Positions 19,499-31,708 of a stretch of DNA of 63,829 bases are shown piece by piece. How positions within the stretch are numbered: the first letter of the stretch is position 1; each line of letters starts with the position of its first letter. A program made the translations under genes and the position numbers. Under the pieces are notes generated by a model. That model was not told the DNA's origin, ran no database searches, and saw nothing but the letters and a program-made list of their open reading frames with translations. Source of the stretch: Nitrospinae bacterium RIFCSPLOWO2_12_FULL_45_22. GTDB lineage: Bacteria > 2-12-FULL-45-22. The stretch is from the NCBI GenBank assembly GCA_001803565.1, contig MHDQ01000207.1:1-63829 (forward strand), in the 5' to 3' direction.

Positions 19499-19572
19499 AG
19501 GCCAGTAGCTCGAACGGCTAGAGCACCGGACTCCAAATCCGGGGGGTGGGGGTTCAAATCCCTCCTGGCCTG
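19499..19572 (+). tRNA. tRNA-Trp (anticodon CCA)
   Basis: Acceptor AGGCCAG/CTGGCCT, anticodon arm CCGGA-CTCCAAA-TCCGG, T-loop GGTTCAAATCC. Confidence 0.9.
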
Positions 19573-19607
19573 CTCACGGCTTACTCCTCATTCTTCATTG
19601 TAATATT

Positions 19608-19802
19608 ATGTGGAAAGAATCTCAGCAATTTTTGAGAGATGTAAGAACCGAGATGAAGAAAGTATCCTGGCCCACAAGGAAAGATACTATCAACTCTACC
19701 TCGGTGGTCTTAATTACTGTTTTCTTTATAGCTATATTCTTAGGGCTGATTGATCTGGGCCTTTCAAAAATAATTGGAGGGTTATTGAGGTTAGGCCAGT
19801 AA
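19608..19802 (+). CDS. secE: Preprotein translocase subunit SecE
   Basis: 64 aa. E.KKVSWPTRKD motif followed by a single TM helix. Canonical position before nusG. Confidence 0.9.
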   Translation: MWKESQQFLRDVRTEMKKVSWPTRKDTINSTSVVLITVFFIAIFLGLIDLGLSKIIGGLLRLGQ

Positions 19803-19820
19803 AGGTGATTTGCAGAAAAC

Positions 19821-20351
19821 ATGGCGAAAAAATGGTATGTTATTCACACTTATTCTGGTTTTGAAACCCAAGTGAAAGCTGGTCTTCAGGAGAGGGTAAA
19901 GAATGCTGGGTTAGAGGAATTTGTTTCTCAGATATTGGTTCCTATTGAAGAAGTAGTGGAAGTAAAAAAAGGGAAGAAGAAGATTTCCCCAAGAAAGTTT
20001 TTCCCTGGCTACGTCATTATTCAGATGGAGATGAATGATGATGTTTGGTATGTGATCAAAAACACTCCTAAGGTAACAGGTTTTTTGGGGGGACTTAAAG
20101 ACCCTACCCCCCTCATGGATGAAGAGGTAGAGCGACTATTACAGCAAATAGAAGGCAGAGCTACTAGGCTAAGGCCTAAGGTAGAGTTTGAGAAAGGAGA
20201 GGTAGTGAGGGTTGTACAAGGGCCTTTCGCAAATTTTACTGGGGTAGTAGATGAGGTGAATCAAGAGAGGGGTAAGATGAAGGTAATGGTATCCATCTTC
20301 GGTAGGGGTACTCCTTTAGAAGTTGAGTTTACCCAGGTAGAAAGGCTTTAA
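19821..20351 (+). CDS. nusG: Transcription termination/antitermination factor NusG
   Basis: [13 protein letters not shown]-terminus (NGN domain) and C-terminal KOW ([15 protein letters not shown]). Confidence 0.95.
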   Translation: MAKKWYVIHTYSGFETQVKAGLQERVKNAGLEEFVSQILVPIEEVVEVKKGKKKISPRKFFPGYVIIQMEMNDDVWYVIKNTPKVTGFLGGLKDPTPLMDEEVERLLQQIEGRATRLRPKVEFEKGEVVRVVQGPFANFTGVVDEVNQERGKMKVMVSIFGRGTPLEVEFTQVERL

Positions 20352-20365
20352 GTAGAGGCTCTAAA

Positions 20366-20797
20366 ATGGCTAAAAAAGAAGTAATGACAATGGTTAAGCT
20401 TCAAGTACCGGGAGGACAAGCCAACCCTGCTCCTCCAGTTGGACCGGCATTGGGACAACATGGGGTTAATATAATGGAATTTTGTAAGAATTTTAATGCC
20501 CAGACCAAAGATAAGGAAGGAATAATAATACCTGTAGTAGTTACTATTTACTCTGACAGAACCTTTACTTTCATAACTAAATCTTCACCCGCTGCTGTAT
20601 TCTTAAAACAAGCTGCTGCCATAGCGAAGGGGTCTTCTAATCCAAAAAAAGAAAAAGTGGGTAAAGTCACTAAGAGCCAGGTCCGAGAAATCGCATTGCA
20701 AAAGATGGCAGACCTCAATGCTAAAGATTTAGAAGGGGCAACTAAGACTATTGAAGGTACGGCTAGGAGTATGGGGATAGAGATAGTTTCTGACTAG
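20366..20797 (+). CDS. rplK: 50S ribosomal protein L11
   Basis: [31 protein letters not shown] signature. Confidence 0.97.
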   Translation: MAKKEVMTMVKLQVPGGQANPAPPVGPALGQHGVNIMEFCKNFNAQTKDKEGIIIPVVVTIYSDRTFTFITKSSPAAVFLKQAAAIAKGSSNPKKEKVGKVTKSQVREIALQKMADLNAKDLEGATKTIEGTARSMGIEIVSD

Positions 20798-20808
20798 AAG
20801 GAGGTCTT

Positions 20809-21513
20809 GTGGCAAAGAGTGGGAAGAAATATCAAGAAGCTGTCGCTAAACTGGATAAGCAGAATGGATTCGCTTTGGACGAAGCCCTCCAACTAGTGAA
20901 AGAGACCGCCTATGCCAAATTTGATGAAACAGTAGAGGTAGCAATAAAGCTAGGGGTAAATCCCAAGCACGCCGATCAAATAGTCCGTGGCAGTGTAGTT
21001 TTACCGAAAGGGTTGGGTCGTAAAGTCAAGGTTTTGGTATTTGCTAAAGGTGAGAAAGAAAAAGAGGCCCTGAGTGCTGGGGCGGATTTTGTCGGTTCGG
21101 ATGATTTGATAGAAAAGATAGTGGGTGGCTGGTTAGATTTCGACAAAGCTGTTGCTACTCCCGATGTGATGAGTTCCGTAAGCAAATTAGGGAAGATTTT
21201 AGGGCCCAGGGGTCTCATGCCAAACCCAAAAACTGGTACCGTAACCTTTGATTTAGCGAAGGCTATCACTGATTTGAAGGCAGGGAGGGTTGATTTTCGG
21301 GTGGATAAGGCAGGGATTATACATACTCCTATCGGCAAAGTTAGCTTTGATATAGAAGGACTGAAAGAGAATGCGATTGCCCTCATAGAGGCATTGGCAA
21401 AATTGAAACCAGCCTCCAGTAAGGGTCAATATTTCCGGGGTTTAACCTTATCTTCTACTATGGGGCCAGGTATAAAGGTCAATATAGCAGAGGTAACCTC
21501 TATGCTTTCTTAG
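20809..21513 (+). CDS. rplA: 50S ribosomal protein L1
   Basis: GTG start. [21 protein letters not shown] and [15 protein letters not shown] motifs. Confidence 0.97.
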   Translation: MAKSGKKYQEAVAKLDKQNGFALDEALQLVKETAYAKFDETVEVAIKLGVNPKHADQIVRGSVVLPKGLGRKVKVLVFAKGEKEKEALSAGADFVGSDDLIEKIVGGWLDFDKAVATPDVMSSVSKLGKILGPRGLMPNPKTGTVTFDLAKAITDLKAGRVDFRVDKAGIIHTPIGKVSFDIEGLKENAIALIEALAKLKPASSKGQYFRGLTLSSTMGPGIKVNIAEVTSMLS

Positions 21514-21603
21514 CCCTTCACAGTAGGTAGTTGCAGAACTTGTCTGCCGCACGAGGTTTATTGATTTTGTTAAAAGTCAATTTAAGGAGGTGAGAAAAGG
21601 GAA

Positions 21604-22140
21604 TTGGTAGATAAAGGCAAGATCGATACAGTAGAAGCCTTACAGGATAAATTTAATCAGACAAAAGCTGCTGTTCTTATAGATTTTAAAGGGTTAAATG
21701 TCCAGAAGATTAACGACTTACGTAAGCAGCTCCGAGGTGCGGCCATAGAATATATGGTAGTGAAAAATACCCTTGCCCGTATAGCTTCTCGTGGAACTCA
21801 GTTTGAGACTATAACACCCTTATTTCGAGGCCCTACTTCGATTGCCTTTAGTTACCAAGATGCGCTTATCCCAGCGAAGATCCTTTCAGCCTTGACCCAA
21901 AAGGAACCCAATCTGGTTATTAAAGGGGGTATTTTAGAGGGCAAGGCTTTAGACCCAATAGAGGTCAAGCTCCTAGCAGAACTACCACCAGAGGAGATAT
22001 TGTTGAGCCAGATGCTAAGGAGTTTAAAAGCTCCTCTTGCTAACTTTGTCCAGATTCTCCATGCCCTTATAGTCAATTTATTAGGGGTGTTAAATGCCTT
22101 AGGAGAAAAGAAGGGACAGGAAAGTAGAGAAACAACCTAA
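21604..22140 (+). CDS. rplJ: 50S ribosomal protein L10
   Basis: TTG start, position between rplA and rplL, L10-like sequence (DFKGLNVQKINDLRKQLR). Confidence 0.9.
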   Translation: MVDKGKIDTVEALQDKFNQTKAAVLIDFKGLNVQKINDLRKQLRGAAIEYMVVKNTLARIASRGTQFETITPLFRGPTSIAFSYQDALIPAKILSALTQKEPNLVIKGGILEGKALDPIEVKLLAELPPEEILLSQMLRSLKAPLANFVQILHALIVNLLGVLNALGEKKGQESRETT

Positions 22141-22164
22141 ATTATCTAATTATCGGAGGGAGAT

Positions 22165-22548
22165 ATGCCCGAGATTACTAAAGAGGATGTGGTAAGTTTT
22201 ATTGAGAATATGACGGTACTGGAATTATCTAAATTTATCAAGGAATTAGAAGACCGCTTTGGAGTGACATCTGCTCCCATGGTAGCGGTAGCGCCAACCG
22301 CTGCAGGGCCAGCCGAGAAAGCAGAAGAGGAAGAAAAAACCGACTTTTCTGTAATATTGAAGGGTGCAGGGGATAAGAAAATCCAGGTAATAAAAGTTGT
22401 CCGGGAAATAACTAATCTGGGCTTGAAAGAAGCTAAGGCCCTGGTGGATGAAGCCCCCAAACCAGTGAAAGAAGGGATAGCCAAAGAGGAGGCCGAAGAT
22501 ATTAAGAAACGGCTACTAGAGGCCGGGGCAGAAATAGAGATTAAATAA
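22165..22548 (+). CDS. rplL: 50S ribosomal protein L7/L12
   Basis: 127 aa. Ala/Glu-rich hinge and C-terminal [24 protein letters not shown]. Confidence 0.97.
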   Translation: MPEITKEDVVSFIENMTVLELSKFIKELEDRFGVTSAPMVAVAPTAAGPAEKAEEEEKTDFSVILKGAGDKKIQVIKVVREITNLGLKEAKALVDEAPKPVKEGIAKEEAEDIKKRLLEAGAEIEIK

Positions 22549-22561
22549 ATTTAATAAGGAG

Positions 22562-25500
22562 ATGAGAAAAATTATGTCTCCAGAAAGACTTATTTTTAAT
22601 AATGGAAGAATGCAAAGAAAGAGCTTTGGCCGTATTCCTGATATTATTGATTTGCCAAATCTGATTGAGATCCAACAAGAGTCCTATGGTCGGTTTTTGC
22701 AATTAGACAAAAATCCTGAAGAAAGAGACGATATTGGGCTGGAGTCAGTATTTAGAAGTACCTTTCCTATAAGCGATTTTAGGGAAACCAATTTTCTGGA
22801 ATATGTCGGCTACGAGATCGGCAGTTGGGAGTGTCAATGCGGTGAATATAAAGAATTGGGCAGCCCTCGGGTTGTCTGCTCCCGCTGTAATCAAACGGTG
22901 GTACATAAACCTAAATACGATACCAATGAATGCCGGCAGCGGAGTATGACTTATGCAGAACCATTGCGTATTATGGTACGTTTAGTACTGAATGAAAAGG
23001 ACGAAGAAACCGGAGCATTAACCCCGATAGATGTTAAACAACAAAAAGTCTATCTTGGTGAGATCCCCTTAATGACTGAAAGGGGCACCTTCATCGTTAA
23101 TGGTACGGAGCGGGTAGTAGTTAGCCAACTGCATCGGGCACCGGGGGTTATCTTTGCCTATGACAAAGGAAAAACCCGTGCTAGTGGGAAACCCCTTTAT
23201 TCTGCCCGGATAATTCCCTACCGGGGTTCTTGGATAGATTTTGAATTTGATAGCCGAGATTTGCTTCACGTCAGGCTGGATCGGCGGAGAAAGCTTCCAG
23301 CGACTATCCTCCTGCGGGCATTAGGGCTTACTACTGAAGAGTTATTAAACCTCTTTTATAAAACAGAGGAAGTCTTCTATAACCCCAAAAAAGGGGTGTT
23401 TTACAAGAGAGTTAGCGATTTCTTACTCGGCCAAAAAATTGGTGAGGATATCGCAGACCCTGAAACGAGAGAAGTTATCACTAAGGCCGATAGACGGATA
23501 TCCAAAGGGGCTTTGCGTAGGATGAAGGCGCTGGGCATAGATCTGATAACGGTACCGGTTGATGAGTTAATTGGAAAGATCAGCGCCCAAGATATTATAG
23601 ATGAAGAGACCGGGGAACTTCTCTTAAAAGTTAATCAACCTCTTACCGAGGAATTATTACAGAAAGTCCAAGATTGTGCTGTGAGAGGCTTCAAAATCTT
23701 ATACATGGATAACTTCCGCTATGACTCTACTATTAGAGATACTCTGGCTATGGATAAAATAAACACCCCCCAAGAAGCCTTATTAGAGATATATAAAAGA
23801 CTGAGGCCAGGAGACCCACCTAATAAAGAGACAGCGGTCAATCTCTTTAACAACATATTTTTTAACCCCAAAAGGTATGATTTATCGAGGATTGGCAGGG
23901 TAAAACTCAATAGTAAGCTTAACCTGAACCTCCCTTTAGACCAACGGACTTTGACTACTGACGACATGATAGGAATAATCAAATGCCTTATCGAACTCCG
24001 CCATGGCATAGGTTCGGTAGATGATATAGACCATCTGGGTAATCGCCGGGTCCGCTCGGTAGGGGAGCTAGTAGAGAATCAGTTCCGGATTGGCATCGTC
24101 AGGATGGAGCGCGCTACTAGAGAAAGAATGAGTATACAAGAGCTAGAAGGAGCTATGCCCCATGACCTGATAAATGCTAAACCAGTCATAGCTGCTATAA
24201 GAGAATTTTTTGGTAGTAGTCAGCTCTCCCAGTTTATGGATCAGACTAATCCCCTCTCAGAACTAACCCACAAACGACGCCTCAGTGCCTTGGGGCCAGG
24301 GGGGTTAACTAGAGAGAGGGCTGGTTTTGAGGTGAGGGATGTGCATCCCACCCATTATGGTAGAATCTGCCCCATAGAAACCCCTGAGGGACCAAATATT
24401 GGCCTAATAGCTTCTTTGAGTACCTATGCCTGCGTTAATGAATATGGCTTTATTGAAACACCCTATCGGAGAGTGGAAAAAGGTAGGGTGACGGATAAAG
24501 TAGAGTATCTTTCTGCCTGGGAAGAAGATAAATATGTTATTGCACAAGCTAATGCCCCGGTTAAAGATAAAGGATATTTTACCTCCGACCTTGTCTCGGC
24601 CAGGAGCGGCAACGAATTCGTTATAGTTTCGCCAGACAAAGTAGATTATATGGATGTATCTCCTAAACAACTGGTGAGTATTGCAGCCGCTTTGATCCCT
24701 TTCCTGGAGAATGATGATGCGAACCGGGCTCTGATGGGATCCAATATGCAACGCCAGGCGGTTCCATTGCTGGCTACTGAAGCCCCTTTAGTAGGTACGG
24801 GAATGGAATATATTGCTGCCCGCGACTCAGGGGCAGTAGTAGTGGCGAAATCTTCTGGGACCGTAATCTCTGTTGATGCCAGTAAGATTGTAGTAAAGAC
24901 CGATGAAGGAAAAGAGGCTTCTATTTCCAGAATAGAACCTTATTACCTGACAAAATACCAACGCTCTAACCAGAATACTTGCATAAATCAAAAATCCTTG
25001 CCCCAGGAAGGAGAGCGGATAGAGAAGGGTGATATTATTGCTGATGGCCCAGCTACAAAAGGAGGGGAGTTGGCCTTAGGGAGAAATGTTCTGGTAGCCT
25101 TTATGGCATGGGAGGGATACAATTTTGAGGATGCAGTAATAGTTAGTGAAAAAATAGTCAAAGAGGACCTCTTTACCTCTATCCATATTGAGGAGTTAGA
25201 AATAGAAGCGAGAGACACCAAGCAGGGTAAAGAGGAGATCACTAAAGATATCCCTAATGTAAGCGAAGAAGCCCTCAAAAACCTCGATGAAAGTGGCATT
25301 ATCCGGAGTGGTGCAAGAGTCAAACCAGGTGATATCCTTGTAGGGAAAGTAACCCCTAAAGGGGAGACCCAATTAAGTCCGGAAGAGAAACTATTAAAGG
25401 CTATTTTTGGAGAAAAGGCGGGAGAGTTTAAAGATACTTCCTTAGTAGTTCCGCCGGGAATAGAAGGGGTAGTAATAGATGTCAAAGTATTTTCCCGGCG

Positions 25501-26623
25501 GGGTATAGAGAAGGACCTACGAGCCTTATCCCTAGAAGAGCAAGAAATCGCCTGGATAGAGAAAGACTATCATAATGAAATCAATCTTGTCCAGCAAGAG
25601 CAAGACAAGAAAATACGTCAATTATTATTGGGTAAGGTGACCCTTAGTGATATAAAAGAGGGGGCAAAGGTGATTGTGCCTAAAAAAACTAAACTCACTA
25701 AGGGAATCCTGGAAAAACTATCTGGACCAGAGCTATCACAGATTAAACTAGAAGGGGATGAAAAAAAGGTTATTAAAGGGAAGATTGACCAGCTTAATGG
25801 GTGGGCTAAAGATCAAATTCATATTATCGAGACTATCTTCAATGATAGAGTATCTAAAGTGAGAAAAGGTGATGACTTACCACCGGGAGTAATTAAATTA
25901 GTGAAAGTATATGTAGCTATGAAGAGGAAACTCTCCGTGGGGGACAAGATGGCAGGGAGACATGGTAATAAGGGGGTAATTTCTAAGATTGTCCCGGAAG
26001 AGGATATGCCTTACCTGCCTGATGGCACACCAGTGGAATTGATCTTGAATCCCCTGGGGGTTCCTTCCCGTATGAATGTGGGTCAGCTATTGGAGACTAA
26101 TTTAGGCTGGGCTGCCAAGACCCTAAATATGCTGGTAGCCTCGCCAGTATTTGATGGGGCACGGAAAGAAGATTTCAAAGATTTGTTAACTAAGGCAGGA
26201 TTACCTATTACTGGTGAGACGGTCCTTTGTGACGGTAAGACGGGTGAGCCCTTCGATCAGAAGGTATTAGCAGGTTATATTTACATGATGAAACTTCACC
26301 ATTTAGTGGATGACAAAATCCATGCTAGATCCACCGGCCCATACTCTTTGATTACCCAGCAGCCCTTGAGCGGGAAGGCCCAATTTGGTGGTCAGCGCTT
26401 AGGTGAGATGGAGGTTTGGGCGTTCGAAGCTTACGGGGCCGCTAATAGTTTACAAGAGGTGCTTACGATAAAATCTGATGATATATCAGGAAGAAACAGG
26501 ATGTATGAAGCCATTGTAAAAGGTGAAAATACCGCCGTTCCTGGCCTACCGGAATCTTTTAATGTATTAATCAAAGAGCTTCAGAGCTTGGCCTTGGATG
26601 TAGAATTGCTGCAGGAGGAATAA
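22562..26623 (+). CDS. rpoB: DNA-directed RNA polymerase subunit beta, with an about 28-aa Cys4 insertion near the N-terminus
   Basis: 1353 aa. Conserved blocks [43 protein letters not shown]. Insertion [28 protein letters not shown] at nt 22823-22906. Confidence 0.97.
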   Translation: MRKIMSPERLIFNNGRMQRKSFGRIPDIIDLPNLIEIQQESYGRFLQLDKNPEERDDIGLESVFRSTFPISDFRETNFLEYVGYEIGSWECQCGEYKELGSPRVVCSRCNQTVVHKPKYDTNECRQRSMTYAEPLRIMVRLVLNEKDEETGALTPIDVKQQKVYLGEIPLMTERGTFIVNGTERVVVSQLHRAPGVIFAYDKGKTRASGKPLYSARIIPYRGSWIDFEFDSRDLLHVRLDRRRKLPATILLRALGLTTEELLNLFYKTEEVFYNPKKGVFYKRVSDFLLGQKIGEDIADPETREVITKADRRISKGALRRMKALGIDLITVPVDELIGKISAQDIIDEETGELLLKVNQPLTEELLQKVQDCAVRGFKILYMDNFRYDSTIRDTLAMDKINTPQEALLEIYKRLRPGDPPNKETAVNLFNNIFFNPKRYDLSRIGRVKLNSKLNLNLPLDQRTLTTDDMIGIIKCLIELRHGIGSVDDIDHLGNRRVRSVGELVENQFRIGIVRMERATRERMSIQELEGAMPHDLINAKPVIAAIREFFGSSQLSQFMDQTNPLSELTHKRRLSALGPGGLTRERAGFEVRDVHPTHYGRICPIETPEGPNIGLIASLSTYACVNEYGFIETPYRRVEKGRVTDKVEYLSAWEEDKYVIAQANAPVKDKGYFTSDLVSARSGNEFVIVSPDKVDYMDVSPKQLVSIAAALIPFLENDDANRALMGSNMQRQAVPLLATEAPLVGTGMEYIAARDSGAVVVAKSSGTVISVDASKIVVKTDEGKEASISRIEPYYLTKYQRSNQNTCINQKSLPQEGERIEKGDIIADGPATKGGELALGRNVLVAFMAWEGYNFEDAVIVSEKIVKEDLFTSIHIEELEIEARDTKQGKEEITKDIPNVSEEALKNLDESGIIRSGARVKPGDILVGKVTPKGETQLSPEEKLLKAIFGEKAGEFKDTSLVVPPGIEGVVIDVKVFSRRGIEKDLRALSLEEQEIAWIEKDYHNEINLVQQEQDKKIRQLLLGKVTLSDIKEGAKVIVPKKTKLTKGILEKLSGPELSQIKLEGDEKKVIKGKIDQLNGWAKDQIHIIETIFNDRVSKVRKGDDLPPGVIKLVKVYVAMKRKLSVGDKMAGRHGNKGVISKIVPEEDMPYLPDGTPVELILNPLGVPSRMNVGQLLETNLGWAAKTLNMLVASPVFDGARKEDFKDLLTKAGLPITGETVLCDGKTGEPFDQKVLAGYIYMMKLHHLVDDKIHARSTGPYSLITQQPLSGKAQFGGQRLGEMEVWAFEAYGAANSLQEVLTIKSDDISGRNRMYEAIVKGENTAVPGLPESFNVLIKELQSLALDVELLQEE

Positions 26624-26625
26624 AG

Positions 26626-26704
26626 GAAGCTAAAAGTGCAAGACGTAAAATGTAAAACTAAGGAATAATCCCTTAGTTTTGCGATTTTCGCTTTAATCTT
26701 TACC
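26626..26704 (+). repeat. Family-1 palindromic intergenic element, copy C (rpoB|rpoC junction)
   Basis: GAAGCTAAAAGTGCAAGACGTAAAATGTAAAACTAAGGAATAATCCCTTAGTTTTGCGATTTTCGCTTTAATCTTTACC. Confidence 0.85.
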
Positions 26705-26725
26705 TTTTAAAAAGGGGGGATATCT

Positions 26726-29700
26726 TTGGAAGGTATTTTTAATCTATTTGAAAAACCAAAAGATTCTCTACGGTTTGATGCTATACGGATCAGGATAGCC
26801 TCTCCTACAAAGATTAGATCATGGTCATCAGGTGAAGTAAAAAAGCCTGAAACGATCAATTATCGGAGTTTTAAGCCGGAAAGGGATGGACTATTTTGCG
26901 CTAAGATCTTTGGTCCTGTGAAGGACTGGGAGTGTCTTTGTGGCAAATATAAAAGGATGAAACACCGGGGACTCGTCTGTGAAAAATGCGGTGTTGAGGT
27001 TATTCAGTCCAAGGTAAGGAGGGAAAGGTTAGGCCATATCGAACTGGTTAGCCCGGTATCGCATGTATGGTTTTTTAAAGGGATTCCCAGCAGGATAGGC
27101 AATCTCCTGGATATGTCTCTCAAAGAGCTAGAGAGGGTGTTATATTTTGAAAACTATGTGGTTATAGCTCCAGGGGATACTCCATTGAAGCCATGCGAGC
27201 TCTTGACAGAAGAAAGATATCGGGATTTGCTAAATAGATTTGGTGATAAGTTTAAGGCCGGGATGGGTGCCGAGGCGATAAGGCAGCTTTTAGCATCTTT
27301 CAATCTAGATAAATTAGCCGAGGAGTTAAAGGCCGGGATACAAGGGGCTACTTCTATCCAGCGGAAAAAGAAGCTTATAAAGAGGCTTAAAATCGTGGAG
27401 GCCTTTCGTAAATCAGGTAACAGGCCAGAATGGATGATTTTAGAGGTGATACCGGTTATCCCGCCAGAACTGCGGCCCTTAGTCCCATTAGATGGGGGAG
27501 GTCGCTTTGCTACTTCTGACTTGAATGATTTGTATCGGCGGGTTATTAATCGAAATAATCGCCTACAGAAACTCCAAGAGCTTAAGGCACCAGAGATAAT
27601 TATTCGTAACGAAAAGAGGATGCTGCAAGAGGCAGTAGATGCCCTTTTTGATAATGGCCGCCGCGGGCGGATCATACGAGGAGCTAATAAGCGTCCCCTA
27701 AAATCCCTTAGCGACATGCTCAAAGGAAAGCAAGGTAGATTCAGGCAAAACCTACTGGGCAAAAGGGTGGATTATTCGGGCCGTTCGGTAATTGTAGTAG
27801 GCCCAGAATTGAAATTAAACCAATGCGGTTTACCCAAGAAAATGGCCATAGAGCTATTTAAACCCTTCATTTACCATAAACTGGAAGAGAAGGGTTATGT
27901 TACTACTATCAAAGGGGCAAAGAAGATGGTAGAGAAAGAGAGACCCGAGGTATGGGATGTGTTAGATGAAGTAATAAAGGACCATTACGTCTTGCTAAAC
28001 CGTGCCCCCACTTTACATCGCCTCGGGATCCAGGCCTTTGAACCGGTCTTGATCGAAGGCAAGGCCATCAGGATCCATCCATTAGTTTGTACGGCTTTTA
28101 ATGCCGACTTTGATGGCGATCAGATGGCAGTTCATATACCCCTTTCTACTGATGCCCAGCTAGAGGCTAAAGTGCTTATGTCCTCTGCTAATAATATCCT
28201 CTCTCCTGCCAATGGCAAGCCTATTGCTGTCCCTAGCCAGGACATTATCCTGGGCTGCTATTACCTGACTAAGGTACGGGGTGGCTCTAAGGGAGAAGGG
28301 AAGATATTCTCTAATTTTGAAGAAGTAAGGATTGCTTATGATACCCAGCAGGTAGGGTTGCAGGCCAAGATAAAAGTGAGGGTGGATAATGAATTGGTTA
28401 CTACTACCGTTGGTAGGATATTGTTATACGAAACCCTGCCGAAAGGAATAACTTTTCCCAGTGTCAACAAACAGATGAATAAGAAAGAGCTCACGGAACT
28501 GGTAGCAGAATGCTATAAAATAATGGGCCGGGAAGAGACCGTTATTTTTCTGGATAAACTGAAAGAGATAGGGTTTAAATATGCTACTAAATCCGGTATA
28601 TCCATTTCCATGAAGAATATGCGTATCCCTGCTAATAAAGAAATCTTAGTAGAAAAGGCCAGGAGTGATATTGTAGAGGTGGAGAAACAATACCGTGATG
28701 GATTAATCACTAATGGAGAGCGTTATAACAAGATTATTGATATCTGGGCTCAGGTAACTGAACAGGTCTCAAACGCGATGTTTAAGGAGCTAGAAGCAGA
28801 AGATGAGGCAGTAGTAAAAGGGTTAGAGGGCGAGAAGAGGGATTTTAATCCTATATTTATTATGGCTGATGCGGGGGCCCGGGGTAGTGCCCAACAGATT
28901 CGACAATTGGCTGGTATGCGGGGCCTTATGGCCAAGCCTTCAGGGGAGATCATTGAAACCCCTATTACTGCCAATTTCCGTGAAGGGCTTACGGTACTTC
29001 AATACTTCATCTCTACCCACGGAGCACGCAAAGGCTTGGCGGATACTGCCTTAAAAACCGCCAACTCCGGCTATTTAACCCGGAGGTTGGTCGATGTATC
29101 CCAAGATGTTATCGTAACCGAGGAAGATTGCCATACTCCCAATGGGATTGATGCTTCTGCGTTAGTAGAGAGCGGCGAGATCATTGAGCCCCTATCAGAA
29201 AGGATTATGGGGAAGATTGCCCTAGAAGATATATTAGACCCTTTTTCTGAAGAGGTCATTATTAAAGCTAATGAGATGATTGATGAGACATCCATAGAAA
29301 AGATAGAAAATACCTCCATTGATAAGGTTAAGATCCGGTCGGTCCTGACCTGCGAGTCTAAAGAAGGCATTTGCCGTATGTGCTATGGACAAAATCTTGC
29401 TACCGGCGAATTGGTGGAAATTGGGGAGGCGGTAGGTGTTATTGCGGCCCAGTCTATCGGAGAGCCTGGGACTCAGTTGACCATGCGGACTTTCCATATA
29501 GGTGGTGCTGCCAGCCGAACCGTTGAACAGACTACTCTGGAGGCTAAAAAAACCGGCATATTCAAATATATTAATCTAAAGACCGTGACCAATAAAGATG
29601 GTGATATAGTAGTAATGAATCGGAATGGTTGGGTAGCTGTCCAGGATGAAGAAGGCAGAGAAAGAGAGCGTTACCCAGTCGTTTATGGCGCCAGGTTAAA

Positions 29701-30832
29701 GGCCAAAGACGGCCAGATGGTCTCCGAAGGGCAAAGATTGGTAGAATGGAATCCCTATACCACCTTTATCTTGACCGAAGTTAGTGGTAAGGTAGCCTTT
29801 GGGGATATTATTGAAGGGGTTACTATGAAGGAAGAACTGGATGAGGTGACCGGCTTCTCCCAGAAGGTTATTGTTGAACATCAAGAAGAAAAAAGACAAC
29901 CCAGGGTAAATATTAAAGATCAAAATAATAAAACTATTGGTCGATATCTCTTGCCTGCCGGGGCGCATCTTGCCGTCTCTGAGGGAGACATAGTATATGC
30001 GGGAGATATAATTACTAAGATCCCCCGAGAAACTACCAAGACCAAGGATATTACTGGTGGTTTACCCCGGGTAGCAGAGCTGTTTGAAGCCAGAAAGCCC
30101 AAAGAGCAGGCTACTATCGCAGAAATTGACGGGACGATAAAGTTCGGTGGATTCGCCAAAGGTATGCGAAAAATCATTATTGCTAACGAGAATGGGGATG
30201 AACGTGAATACCTCATCCCCAGAGGGAAGCATGTGAGCCTCCATGAAGGAGAAAAAGTGAAGGCTGGAGAACCTCTGATGGATGGAGCAGTAAATCCCCA
30301 TGATATCTTGAATGTCTTAGGGGAAAAAGAATTACAAAAATATTTAGTAAATGAGGTCCAGGAGGTTTATCGCCTCCAGGGTGTAAGTATAAATGATAAG
30401 CATATAGAGGTTATTGTACGTCAGATGCTCCGGCGGGTAGTCATTGAGGAGCCGGGAGATACCGATTTTTTGGTGGGAGAACAGGTAGAGAAGGAGTTAT
30501 TCAAGAGAAGGAATGAGGAAATTATAGCCGAGGGTGGTAATCCTGCCAAGGGCCGACCTCTGCTGTTGGGTATTACTCGGGCTTCTTTAAGTACAGATAG
30601 CTTTATTTCCGCTGCCTCGTTCCAGGAAACCACACGGGTCCTTACTCAAGCTGCTGTGAGTGGGAAAGTGGACCGCTTAAGGGGCCTTAAAGAGAATGTT
30701 ATTATGGGCCGTTTGATCCCGGCTGGAACTGGAGCCCGATTCTACCAGAATATCCGCCTAAGAGCGCAAGAAGAGATAAGCTCCAAGGAAGAAGTGGAGC
30801 AGGACTTAATGACATCAGCCGTTCGAGAATAG
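26726..30832 (+). CDS. rpoC: DNA-directed RNA polymerase subunit beta'
   Basis: 1368 aa. TTG start after AAAGGGGGG. Zn finger [20 protein letters not shown] and catalytic NADFDGDQM. Confidence 0.97.
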   Translation: MEGIFNLFEKPKDSLRFDAIRIRIASPTKIRSWSSGEVKKPETINYRSFKPERDGLFCAKIFGPVKDWECLCGKYKRMKHRGLVCEKCGVEVIQSKVRRERLGHIELVSPVSHVWFFKGIPSRIGNLLDMSLKELERVLYFENYVVIAPGDTPLKPCELLTEERYRDLLNRFGDKFKAGMGAEAIRQLLASFNLDKLAEELKAGIQGATSIQRKKKLIKRLKIVEAFRKSGNRPEWMILEVIPVIPPELRPLVPLDGGGRFATSDLNDLYRRVINRNNRLQKLQELKAPEIIIRNEKRMLQEAVDALFDNGRRGRIIRGANKRPLKSLSDMLKGKQGRFRQNLLGKRVDYSGRSVIVVGPELKLNQCGLPKKMAIELFKPFIYHKLEEKGYVTTIKGAKKMVEKERPEVWDVLDEVIKDHYVLLNRAPTLHRLGIQAFEPVLIEGKAIRIHPLVCTAFNADFDGDQMAVHIPLSTDAQLEAKVLMSSANNILSPANGKPIAVPSQDIILGCYYLTKVRGGSKGEGKIFSNFEEVRIAYDTQQVGLQAKIKVRVDNELVTTTVGRILLYETLPKGITFPSVNKQMNKKELTELVAECYKIMGREETVIFLDKLKEIGFKYATKSGISISMKNMRIPANKEILVEKARSDIVEVEKQYRDGLITNGERYNKIIDIWAQVTEQVSNAMFKELEAEDEAVVKGLEGEKRDFNPIFIMADAGARGSAQQIRQLAGMRGLMAKPSGEIIETPITANFREGLTVLQYFISTHGARKGLADTALKTANSGYLTRRLVDVSQDVIVTEEDCHTPNGIDASALVESGEIIEPLSERIMGKIALEDILDPFSEEVIIKANEMIDETSIEKIENTSIDKVKIRSVLTCESKEGICRMCYGQNLATGELVEIGEAVGVIAAQSIGEPGTQLTMRTFHIGGAASRTVEQTTLEAKKTGIFKYINLKTVTNKDGDIVVMNRNGWVAVQDEEGRERERYPVVYGARLKAKDGQMVSEGQRLVEWNPYTTFILTEVSGKVAFGDIIEGVTMKEELDEVTGFSQKVIVEHQEEKRQPRVNIKDQNNKTIGRYLLPAGAHLAVSEGDIVYAGDIITKIPRETTKTKDITGGLPRVAELFEARKPKEQATIAEIDGTIKFGGFAKGMRKIIIANENGDEREYLIPRGKHVSLHEGEKVKAGEPLMDGAVNPHDILNVLGEKELQKYLVNEVQEVYRLQGVSINDKHIEVIVRQMLRRVVIEEPGDTDFLVGEQVEKELFKRRNEEIIAEGGNPAKGRPLLLGITRASLSTDSFISAASFQETTRVLTQAAVSGKVDRLRGLKENVIMGRLIPAGTGARFYQNIRLRAQEEISSKEEVEQDLMTSAVRE

Positions 30833-30842
30833 GAGATAACCA

Positions 30843-31214
30843 TTGCCTACTGTTAGTCAACTAGTTAGAAAAGGGAGAGAGAAAACCAGGAGTAGGACTA
30901 GTAGTCCAGCATTAAAAGGGTGTCCACAGAAAAGGGGAGTTTGTGTCAGGGTTTATACTTCTACCCCAAAAAAACCTAACTCTGCCCTCCGAAAAGTGGC
31001 GCGGGTAAGACTAACTAATAGGATGGAAGTAACCACTTATATTCCAGGCATTGGGCATAATTTGCAAGAACATGCCATTATACTGATAAGAGGTGGGCGG
31101 GTTAAGGATCTACCTGGGGTACGTTACCATGTTATTAGAGGTACCCTGGATAGTATGGGGGTGCAAAATAGGAAGAAGAGTAGGTCAAAATATGGCGCTA
31201 AAAGACCTAAATAA
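30843..31214 (+). CDS. rpsL: 30S ribosomal protein S12
   Basis: TTG start. [11 protein letters not shown] and [10 protein letters not shown] signatures. Confidence 0.97.
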   Translation: MPTVSQLVRKGREKTRSRTSSPALKGCPQKRGVCVRVYTSTPKKPNSALRKVARVRLTNRMEVTTYIPGIGHNLQEHAIILIRGGRVKDLPGVRYHVIRGTLDSMGVQNRKKSRSKYGAKRPK

Positions 31215-31237
31215 ATCAATAAAAAGGATTCAATCGT

Positions 31238-31708
31238 ATGGCTAGGCGACGAGTAGCAGGGAAAAGGATTGTTTTACCAGACCCGAAATATCATGATGTT
31301 TTGGTAGCTAAATGCATAAATGCCATAATGAAGAAGGGAAAGAAGAGCCTGGCAGAAACAATCTTGTATCGGGCTCTAGAGATCGCAGAAAAGAAGACCG
31401 GCGACGACCCTTTAAAGGTCTTTAAGAAAGCGATAGAAAATGTTAAGCCAGTTTTAGAGGTAAAATCTAGGAGAGTAGGGGGTGCTACTTACCAGATTCC
31501 GGTGGAAGTCAGGTCTGATAGGAGGATCACCGTCAGTCTTCGTTGGATCATTGATGCCGCTCGGAAAAGAAGCGAAAAGACTATGCAAGAATGCCTAGCG
31601 GCTGAATTAATAGATGCCTATAAAAATACTGGGACTGCCATAAAGAAGAAGGATGATACCCATAGGATGGCCGAGGCCAATAAGGCCTTTGCCCATTATC
31701 GCTGGTGA
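31238..31708 (+). CDS. rpsG: 30S ribosomal protein S7
   Basis: 156 aa. [12 protein letters not shown] and AHYRW C-terminus. Confidence 0.97.
   Translation: MARRRVAGKRIVLPDPKYHDVLVAKCINAIMKKGKKSLAETILYRALEIAEKKTGDDPLKVFKKAIENVKPVLEVKSRRVGGATYQIPVEVRSDRRITVSLRWIIDAARKRSEKTMQECLAAELIDAYKNTGTAIKKKDDTHRMAEANKAFAHYRW

Noticed and set aside
21514-21603. Possible L10 (rplJ) leader autoregulatory RNA in the 90-nt rplA-rplJ spacer.
   Set aside because: The position is right, but I cannot verify the conserved L10-leader secondary structure by eye. It needs a covariance-model scan.
27154-27762. Long antisense ORFs inside highly conserved genes. Examples: 27154-27762 in rpoC, 24988-25485 in rpoB, 34503-35018 in tuf, 44832-45341 in secY, 48102-48611 in rpsK/rpsM, 55772-56302 in gspL, 20976-21386 in rplA.
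   Set aside because: Each lies opposite a gene with unmistakable conserved motifs. Their sequences are low-complexity (Ser/Pro/Ile-rich) with no recognisable domains or ribosome-binding sites. They are typical shadow ORFs.
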